The notes beneath the pieces were generated by a model. That model saw only the letters and a list, made by a program, of their open reading frames with translations, was not told the origin of the DNA and searched no databases. A stretch of DNA of 32,000 bases. It comes from Bellilinea caldifistulae (GTDB lineage: Bacteria; Chloroflexota; Anaerolineae; Anaerolineales; Anaerolineaceae). Shown here in pieces: positions 10,801 through 18,162 of this stretch. The position numbers and the translations under genes are program-made. Positions within the stretch are counted from its first letter, which is position 1. Each line of letters begins with the position of its first letter. The DNA is taken from contig NZ_LGHJ01000019.1 of NCBI RefSeq assembly GCF_001306055.1, forward strand, positions 227,986 to 259,985. The letters are read 5' to 3'.

Positions 10801-13410
10801 CATGCCTTTAATAAATTGCACTGGCGAGGCAACCTGCTTTCCCAAAATATCCAGAATCTGTTCCCGGCTGGTGGGGTAAAACTCGCCGGTCACATTGGCT
10901 GCCACCGGAATCTTGGGGGATTGCAGGTTCATACGCGCAATAACCTGTTTGAGGGGCTCGCTTGCCGGGGCAACAATTTTTGTGTGGAACGCATGAGAGA
11001 CAGAGATGCGGGTGGCCTGGTAACCGGCTTTTTCAAAAGCCTCTAAGGCAGCCTGAATACCTGCCGTGCTGCCACCCACGACCGATTGCATGGGGCTATT
11101 GATGTTGGCGATGACCACATATTCCGAGATTTCCTGTAAGATCCGTTCAACCTCTTGAATGGGAGCAGAAACTGCCACCATACCACCATTATCCGCCACC
11201 GAGACTTTTTTCATCTCACGGCCGCGTGCCGAAACGACTTCCAAAGCCTCCGCAAAAGTCAATACGCCGGATGCCACCAGTGCGGCATATTCCCCAAGGC
11301 TGTGACCAATCACAAAATCGGGGGAAAACCCGAATTTCTCCATCAACCGCAGCAATGCGACATTGGCCGTCAACATCGCTGGCTGAGTGATCGCCGTATC
11401 CCGTAATGCGGCTTCGGCTTGTTTTAACGATTCTTCGTCCCCCTCTACATAAATGTAACTGGTTAAGGGACGCCCCAAAATGGGTGTCATGATCGCATCA
11501 GCCTCTTTGAAGGTATCCGCTACAAGTGGTTCGGCTTCGCACAGGTCTTTGAGCATGTTGACATATTGAGATCCCTGCCCGGGGAACATAAAGGCAACTT
11601 TACCAGCCTTCCCGCTGCCCCGATAAACCCCCTGGGCAGTCAGCGCCTGCCAGGCATTTGGGGCTTCATTGTCGAGCGTTTTAAGCGCTTTTTCTCCCCG
11701 TGAAATCAACTCCTCAACCGATGAGTAGTCAATCACCAATCGCTCGGGCTTGGTTACCATCGCCGCATCTGGCAATTGGGAAGGTGGTAATTGACCCTGG
11801 CGGGCATTTTCTAAAATTTGAGCCAGTTGTTCCTTTAACTGCTGGCTGTTTTCCCCACTCAGGAAGGCGATTCCGCGATAAGGCACGGGCAAGGTCGAAG
11901 AAACCGCTTCCGCCACGACTTGCGGAGCAGGACTTTCCACCTGCGCCGCTTTTCTTTCCGGCACCGCAAACACCTTTGTTTCAGAAGTCAGCAGCCCCGG
12001 CACCCATTCTTCCAGCACCATGTGAAAGTTGGTGCCGCCAAAACCAAACGAACTGACTCCAGCCCGGCGGATTTCTCCAGGGGCATTTTCCCACGGTCGG
12101 GTTTCGGTATTGACGTAAAAGGGAATGCGGTCGAAATCAATATTTGGGTTGGGTTTATGGAAATTCACAGAGGGCGGCAAAACTTTTTCGTACAAGGCGT
12201 ACATGGCTTTCAGGACACCCGCCGCCCCGGCCGCACTCTTCAAATGACCAATATTGGACTTGACCGATCCCATCGCAATGCTGCGCGGTGGCAGACCAAA
12301 CTTTCCAAAAACCTCGTTGAGAGATTGTGTCTCCACCACATCCCCAACCCGCGTGGAGGTGCCATGGGCTTCAATCAAACCCACACTGGCAGGGTTTACG
12401 CCGGCATTCTTCCAGGCCCGTTCAATCGCACGCTGCTGACCAAGAGGATTGGGAGCCGTAATCCCTTTACCTTTGCCATCGCTGCTGGCGCCAACCCCGC
12501 GGATAACCGCATAAATTTTATCCCCGTCCCGTTCAGCATCGGCCAGCCGCTTTAACAAAAAGAGCACAGCCCCTTCGCCCATGACGAATCCATTCGCCCC
12601 TTCAGCGAACGGCCGTGAACCGTCCGGCGAAAGCGCCCCAATCTTACAGAATTTTACGAACCCCTCAACCCCCATATTGCGGTCCACACCGCCCGTCAAA
12701 ACCGCATCAAACTGGTGATTGACCAGCCCGTCAATAGCGGCTTGAACCGCTGCATGAGAAGAAGCACAGGCAGCGTCTGTGATGAAATTTGGGCCAGAAA
12801 AATTGAACACATTGGCAATTCGGCCGGCAATCACGTTGCCCAGTTCACCCGGCATGGTATCTTCGGTAATATTGCTCACCCTTTTGCGGATATTTTGCGT
12901 CATTCCCTCCAGCAGCGCCTTCTGCACTTCTGGTGGTAGTTGGGCAAATGCTTCCACTTCTTTAAGGGCTTCCATATAATCCGGCAGACGAATTCGTAGG
13001 CTGGTTATGTAATGGTTTTCACCCGCCAGCGCATTGCCAATAATCACCGCCGTACGTGTTCCATCAAGGGGTTTCTGCGGGTAACCGTAATCTAAAAGAG
13101 CCTGCCGCGCTACACTGATGCCCCACTTTTGGCTTTCATCCATCACCGCCAGAACGTTTGGTGGAATGGGGATCCCCCATTTCAGCGGCTCGAAGGGATA
13201 AGATCGTACCCACGCCCCAATTTTGGTATAAGTTTTATCCGGTGCTTTTGGATCAGGATCATAATACAAATCCACCCGCCATCGATCGGGCGGAACCTCG
13301 GTCACTGAATATCGCCCTTGCTTGATATTGTTCCAGAATGCAGGCGCATCTTCAGCATCCGGTAAAATTGCCCCCACTCCGACAATTGCAACGGCTCTAG
13401 GATCAAACAT
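4855..13410 (-). CDS. PfaA-like iterative type I polyketide/fatty-acid megasynthase, KS-AT-KS-ACP-ACP-ACP-KR-DH (2851 aa)
   Basis: This is a single uninterrupted 8.5-kb ORF with AAGGAG 6 nt upstream of ATG 13410. Domain motifs are listed in the domain features below. Confidence 0.9.
   Translation of the reverse strand: [2851 protein letters not shown]
4906..5808 (-). other. PKS-type (double hot-dog) dehydratase domain (aa ~2535-2835)
   Basis: It has the HxxxGxxxxP motif in [14 protein letters not shown] (His2572). The position after KR matches PfaA. Confidence 0.7.
5911..7323 (-). other. ketoreductase domain incl. structural subdomain (aa ~2030-2500)
   Basis: It has the Rossmann motif [10 protein letters not shown] and the SDR catalytic context GQTDYSAAN. 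Confidence 0.75.
7585..7827 (-). other. carrier (ACP-like) domain 3
   Basis: The domain sequence is near-identical to domain 1. The attachment position is Thr1897 (ACG, 7720-7722). Confidence 0.75.
7975..8217 (-). other. carrier (ACP-like) domain 2
   Basis: The domain sequence is near-identical to domain 1. The attachment position is Thr1767 (ACC, 8110-8112). Confidence 0.75.
8341..8583 (-). other. carrier (ACP-like) domain 1
   Basis: Sequence is [50 protein letters not shown]. The attachment position is Thr1645 (ACG, 8476-8478). Confidence 0.75.
8926..10449 (-). other. KS2: second, divergent ketosynthase domain (aa ~988-1495)
   Basis: It has [23 protein letters not shown] with Cys1238 (codon 9697-9699), [12 protein letters not shown] and [13 protein letters not shown]. 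Cys and both His are present, so this is not a CLF. Confidence 0.7.
10696..11601 (-). other. malonyl-CoA:ACP acyltransferase domain (aa ~604-905)
   Basis: It has [20 protein letters not shown] with Ser704 (codon 11299-11301), and SHAFHT. Confidence 0.85.
12007..13401 (-). other. KS1 domain (aa 4-468)
   Basis: It has TDAACASS with Cys215 (codon 12766-12768), [11 protein letters not shown] and [14 protein letters not shown], giving a complete C-H-H triad. Confidence 0.85.
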
Positions 13411-13753
13411 TTTTCTCTCCTTTGAAAGAAGGTGTTTTTTTTCAGGTATCGCTAAAATGGATAAACCATGTCTTAGAGAGACACGGCAAATTTACTAACA
13501 GACTGGATTGCTATTCAGAAGGATGAGAAGGATGAGAGTACAGGTACACAACCTTCCAATTTCTCCGATCGAACAAACCCTATCAAGACAGCCCTCCAAA
13601 AATCGCCTTTTCTGGTTGATAAACTCTGAACGTAATAACCCCTTTACAGACAGGGAGTTACGTAAAAAGAACGGTTTTTCCAACATATCAAACAGGTGGT
13701 ATCAAGAAATTTACACGTGGTATACTCAATCTGTCTGATTTTCTCACAAACGG

Positions 13754-14404
13754 ATGCAAATAACCATGATGGAGTTTATTCAACACTTGACCCCTCCCGA
13801 ACAATTGGAATGGGAATCGCTGAATTCCCCTCTTGCCATTCAAAACTTTTTGGACAGCTTACCCTATATCGGTGAAGAGCGGAACCGTTCCCCCTTGAAT
13901 GTTCTGCGTGACCGCCAATGCCACTGCCTGGATGGGGGTTTATTGGCTGCATTAGCCCTCAGCCGCCTCGGATTTCCCCCGTTGCTAATGGATCTCGTAC
14001 CTGAACCCGGAAAAGATGATGATCATGTTCTCGCAGTTTATCGGATCAATGGTTTTTATGGAGCAATTGCCAAATCCAATTTCGTGGGTTTGAGGTTTCG
14101 CGAGCCGGTATACCGCTCGCTGCGGGAATTAGCCATGTCCTATTTTGAGGCTTTTTACAACATCAACGGAGAAAAAACTCTCCGCGGGTACACCCGGCCG
14201 CTGAACCTGAACCGTTTTCAGCATCTGGATTGGGCGGTGAATGAAGAACATGTCGCCATCGTAGTTGACCACTTTTACTCCCTCAAAAGCATCCCTTTGC
14301 TTACCGCAGAGAGCATTGCGCTCCTCTCCCCGATTGACCGCCGTTCTTACGAAGCCGGGATGTTTGGCACCAATTTTGAAGGTCTCTACCGGCCAGGCAT
14401 TTAA
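13754..14404 (+). CDS. transglutaminase-like / NAT-like Cys-His-Asp fold protein
   Basis: It has QCHCLDGGLLAALALSRLG (nucleophile Cys on a helix N-terminus) followed by DDDHVLAVYRINGFYGAIAKSN. The gene is transcribed divergently from the megasynthase. Confidence 0.5.
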   Translation: MQITMMEFIQHLTPPEQLEWESLNSPLAIQNFLDSLPYIGEERNRSPLNVLRDRQCHCLDGGLLAALALSRLGFPPLLMDLVPEPGKDDDHVLAVYRINGFYGAIAKSNFVGLRFREPVYRSLRELAMSYFEAFYNINGEKTLRGYTRPLNLNRFQHLDWAVNEEHVAIVVDHFYSLKSIPLLTAESIALLSPIDRRSYEAGMFGTNFEGLYRPGI

Positions 14405-14533
14405 TATTTTTACAGGGAAAATCCTGCCTGAGTACAGTTGAAAGCCTATCCACCTGGCGGATGTCACCCTCTTGCAGGGTTTATATAATAATTTAAGGAC
14501 AAAACTTTCAGTAAACTGCACAGGAGGTGTGCT

Positions 14534-14779
14534 ATGGCTTCTGCTACCAGGACTTTACCTCAAACTCGAATTGAGCCGGTTCGCGTTCCAGTTCTGCTTA
14601 TTTTCCTGCCCAGATTGGATCTGATCATCAGCGCAGCAATGATCACGGTTGGTATACTTCTACCTCTTCTAATAACCATCGGCGTGCTATCCGCCAGTCT
14701 ATGGCTGGTTTTGCTCTCTTTCGGGCTGATGGTCACCGGAGGCACGCTCTTCACGGTTTTCATCGGTGAAATTCGCTGA
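14534..14779 (+). CDS. small two-TM membrane protein, function unknown
   Basis: AGGAGG lies 6 nt upstream of the ATG. It has two long hydrophobic stretches: ISAAMITVGILLPLLITIGVL and LWLVLLSFGLMVTGGTLFTVFI. Confidence 0.5.
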   Translation: MASATRTLPQTRIEPVRVPVLLIFLPRLDLIISAAMITVGILLPLLITIGVLSASLWLVLLSFGLMVTGGTLFTVFIGEIR

Positions 14780-14898
14780 AATTACAGGATATGATAGAGA
14801 TTGGATTGATGGTTTTGGATCTCATGTTGATAAACGTGCATTGAAATCTTCCACAAAAAATATTTGTTTAATTTTTATTATGGTAAACTGAATAGAGA

Positions 14899-15891
14899 AT
14901 GTTCAAGAAAACCTCGACGGTTGGTGTCGCCACAGCAATTGCCCACCCCAATATCGCCTTCATTAAATACTGGGGAAATCGGGACAATGAATTGCGCCTT
15001 CCGGCAAATGGTTCAATTTCAATGAATCTGGATGGGTTGACAACCCGCACAACCGTTCGATTCGAAACCAGACTTAAGAACGATACTTTTATCCTCAATC
15101 AAAAAATTCAGGGCGGAAAAGCACTTCAACGTGTCAGCGCCTTTCTGGATATTGTCCGAAAAAAGGCAAATTTCAATTACTTTGCCGAAGTCGTCTCCGA
15201 GAACAATTTCCCCACCGGCAGCGGACTGGCCTCCTCCGCGGCAGCCTTTGCCGCACTCAGCCTGGCTGCCACTAAGGCGGCGGGGCTCAATCTTAATCGC
15301 CAGGAACTTTCGGCCCTTGCCCGGCGTGGATCGGGCTCTGCCTGTCGTTCGATCCCAGCCGGCTTCGTTGAATGGCTGCCGGGCAGTGAAGATGAAGATT
15401 CCTATGCCATTTCCATTGCACCACCCAATCACTGGGAATTGATTGACTGCATCGCCATCGTAGAATCCGATCACAAATCCATCGGTTCGACCGAAGGACA
15501 TCAGCTGGCTGCCACCAGCCCCCTTCAAGCGGCACGGGTCGAGGATGCCCCCCGCCGTCTGGATATCTGTCGGCGAGCCATCCTGCAAAAAGATTTTGAG
15601 GCCTTGGCTCAAATTGTTGAATTAGACAGCAATCTTATGCACGCTGTAATGATGACCTCTACACCACCATTATTCTATTGGAATCCTGCCTCAATTGACT
15701 TGATGAAAAAAGTACGCGATTGGCGAGATGCGGGTTTACCGGTATGTTACACCCTGGATGCCGGCCCCAACGTGCATATGATTTGTCTCAACGAAGCCCT
15801 GAACGAGGTAAAATTCCGGCTTCAGCAAATCCCGGCCGTGGAGCAGGTTCTCGTCTGCCGGCCTGGAGGAGCTGCAACCGTATTAGAATAG
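14899..15891 (+). CDS. mvaD: diphosphomevalonate (or phosphomevalonate) decarboxylase, GHMP family
   Basis: It has AHPNIAFIKYWGNRD, SISMNLD, NNFPTGSGLASSAAAFAAL and RRGSGSACRS. Confidence 0.85.
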   Translation: MFKKTSTVGVATAIAHPNIAFIKYWGNRDNELRLPANGSISMNLDGLTTRTTVRFETRLKNDTFILNQKIQGGKALQRVSAFLDIVRKKANFNYFAEVVSENNFPTGSGLASSAAAFAALSLAATKAAGLNLNRQELSALARRGSGSACRSIPAGFVEWLPGSEDEDSYAISIAPPNHWELIDCIAIVESDHKSIGSTEGHQLAATSPLQAARVEDAPRRLDICRRAILQKDFEALAQIVELDSNLMHAVMMTSTPPLFYWNPASIDLMKKVRDWRDAGLPVCYTLDAGPNVHMICLNEALNEVKFRLQQIPAVEQVLVCRPGGAATVLE

Positions 15892-15915
15892 GCAAATGCT
15901 TGCTTTTAACTCTTT

Positions 15916-15944
15916 TTGCACACCGGACACAAAACGGATATAAT
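15916..15944 (+). promoter_or_regulatory. sigma70-like promoter TTGCAC-17 nt-TATAAT upstream of the rseP-like gene
   Basis: The -35 TTGCAC is at 15916-15921, followed by an exactly 17-nt spacer and the -10 TATAAT at 15939-15944. This is about 45 nt upstream of GTG 15990. Confidence 0.5.
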
Positions 15945-15989
15945 CTGTTTTAGAAAACACAATCAACCGTCCGGAAAGGATGTTATACG

Positions 15990-17063
15990 GTGAATTTACT
16001 GACTTTACTGGAATTCATCCTGTTTTTTGGGGTGATGTTATTTGTGCACGAATTTGGTCACTACCTGGTTGCCAAGCTTTTCAAGATTCGGGTTGAGGAA
16101 TTCGGTTTTGGCTTTCCTCCCCGCCTTGTCAAATTATTTAAAATCGGAGAAACCGACTTTACCCTGAACTTAATTCCCTTTGGGGCTTTTGTACGGCTCT
16201 CCGGCGAAAACGATCCTTCCGTGCCGGGTGGCTTTGGCAGCGCCAATCCCCTTGCCCGAATCGCCGTTCTGCTTGGCGGTCCGGTAATGAACCTGCTCCT
16301 GGGTGTTGTTCTTTTCTCAGTCATGTTTACTCAGACCGGTATGCCGGATACGCGCAAAGTCATGATTGCCTCGGTTGCGGAGGGATCTCCTGCCGCGCAG
16401 GCTGGAATGGCCGTTGGGGACTTAATTATCCGCGTCAATCAAACCCCCGTCACCAGCATGGAGCAATTGATTGCCACTGTTCAGGAAAACAAAGGAAAAG
16501 AAGTAACCATCACTCTTCTCAGGGGGGATCAGGAAATTTCCGTCCAGGCTGTTCCCCGCGTTCAACCCCCGCCGGGCGAGGGAGCGTTGGGCATCTCCAT
16601 GACCAATCCAATTACCAGCGTATCCTGGTTTGAAACTGTACCGGTGTCCTTCAGGGCGACCTTCGAGCAAGCGCGCATGATTTTGGAAATGCCGGGGCGA
16701 CTGATCCGCGGCGAAGTTTCCGGCGAACAGGCACGAGTTGTCGGACCGGTAGGCATCTACTCCATGTTTTCTCAGGCTCGCGAGATGGATGAAGAAAACG
16801 CCGCCTCGACCGATCCCTTTGAACGCACCCTCACTCTGCGTCTGATGACGGTGATTACCATTGCGCTGGGGTTGACCAACCTCTTCCCCATCCCTGCTTT
16901 GGACGGCGGACGAATTTTATTCATCCTCCCTGAGGTAATTACCCGCCGGCGTATCCCGCCTCAGTATGAAAACCTTGTTCACTTGATTGGCTTTGTAGCA
17001 TTGATTTTATTGATGTTTTACATAACGGCTCAAGACATTCTTAACCCTATTCAACTACCTTAG
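15990..17063 (+). CDS. rseP: RIP site-2 zinc metalloprotease (M50, RseP family) with PDZ domain
   Basis: It has HEFGHYLVA (HExxH) in TM1, a PDZ-like segment AEGSPAAQAGMAVGDLII, and the NLFPIPALDGG motif. Confidence 0.85.
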   Translation: MNLLTLLEFILFFGVMLFVHEFGHYLVAKLFKIRVEEFGFGFPPRLVKLFKIGETDFTLNLIPFGAFVRLSGENDPSVPGGFGSANPLARIAVLLGGPVMNLLLGVVLFSVMFTQTGMPDTRKVMIASVAEGSPAAQAGMAVGDLIIRVNQTPVTSMEQLIATVQENKGKEVTITLLRGDQEISVQAVPRVQPPPGEGALGISMTNPITSVSWFETVPVSFRATFEQARMILEMPGRLIRGEVSGEQARVVGPVGIYSMFSQAREMDEENAASTDPFERTLTLRLMTVITIALGLTNLFPIPALDGGRILFILPEVITRRRIPPQYENLVHLIGFVALILLMFYITAQDILNPIQLP

Positions 17064-17087
17064 GCTTGAACGAATGGAAGATCGAAA

Positions 17088-18143
17088 ATGACCTCCTCAA
17101 CAAAACGAATTGTTCCCTTTGATGAAATCCTGGCCGCCCTTTTAGATGACAGCCGGCCGTTTCCGCCCGTATTTTTGCACCGCTTTTCAGACCTCACTCC
17201 AACCGATTTGACCAAATTAAAAACCATTTGGCCGCAAATTTCGCCTCAGCGCCGAATTGCGCTGATGGAAGACCTTGAAGAATATGCAGAAATTGACACC
17301 CTGGTTTCCTTTGATGATCTAAGCATTTTTGCACTGGATGACGAAGAGCCGCGCGTCCGCTCTGCCGCTTTAGAAATCCTTTGGGAAACGGATAACGAAA
17401 AACTCGTCCCCAAATTCATTTCCATGATGGAAGAAGACCCCGATCCATTGGTGCGTGCCACCGCCGCCAGCACATTAGGAAGATACGTCTTTCTGGGAGA
17501 GCTGGAAGAAATTTCCCCCAAAATTTTAAAGCGGGTTGAGGATCATCTGCTTGCGGTTGCGCAAAGCTCGGAAGTGCCTCTCGTCCGTCGGCGAGCTGTT
17601 GAAGCATTGGGTTACTCCAGCCGCCCCGAAGTCAAACCATTAATTCTTGCCGCCTATAATAATGACGACCCGGAGTGGCTGTGTTCGGCTCTGTTTGCCA
17701 TGGGACGATCGGCAAGCCAGGAATACATTCCCGCCGTCATTGATCAGTTGGACCATCCGGATCCCGAAGTGGTATTTGAAGCCGTGCGCGCCGCTGGTCA
17801 GTTGAGCGCCGGAGCTGCCCGTGAAATCCTTTTGGAAATGCTGGAATCCGGAATCGAGGATGATGAATTACGCATGGCAGTCATCTGGTCTCTTTCCGAA
17901 ATTGGCGGCGAGCAAGTCCGCAATGTATTGGAAAACCTTCTCGATCAATCCGAAGATGCCGAGGAAGCCGACTTCTTGCAAGATGCACTGGATAATCTCT
18001 TCCTGACGGAAGGACTGGTCTCCTTTGAGATGTTTGATTTCGAGCCGCAGGATGAAGATGATCTGAGCTCCATCATCAACCTCGAAGAAGAGGAAGAAGA
18101 GGACGACAACCCAGAAGATCATCGGTATTACCGAAACAATTAA
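17088..18143 (+). CDS. HEAT-repeat protein with acidic C-terminal tail
   Basis: The PBS-lyase-type HEAT signature xPxVRxxAxxALG recurs: EPRVRSAALEIL, DPLVRATAASTLG, VPLVRRRAVEALG, DPEVVFEAVRAAG. The tail reads EEEEEEDDNPED. Confidence 0.7.
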   Translation: MTSSTKRIVPFDEILAALLDDSRPFPPVFLHRFSDLTPTDLTKLKTIWPQISPQRRIALMEDLEEYAEIDTLVSFDDLSIFALDDEEPRVRSAALEILWETDNEKLVPKFISMMEEDPDPLVRATAASTLGRYVFLGELEEISPKILKRVEDHLLAVAQSSEVPLVRRRAVEALGYSSRPEVKPLILAAYNNDDPEWLCSALFAMGRSASQEYIPAVIDQLDHPDPEVVFEAVRAAGQLSAGAAREILLEMLESGIEDDELRMAVIWSLSEIGGEQVRNVLENLLDQSEDAEEADFLQDALDNLFLTEGLVSFEMFDFEPQDEDDLSSIINLEEEEEEDDNPEDHRYYRNN

Positions 18144-18162
18144 GTTCTTCAAAGGGGGAAAT

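Noticed and set aside
4855-13410. Dozens of 60-230-aa ORFs on the + strand and in alternate frames inside the megasynthase gene (for example 9082-9768 and 11920-12555).
   Set aside because: They are antisense or out of frame to an 8.5-kb ORF with strong domain motifs. Their products are Arg/Pro/Gly-rich and low in complexity, as expected for shadow ORFs in a GC-biased coding region.
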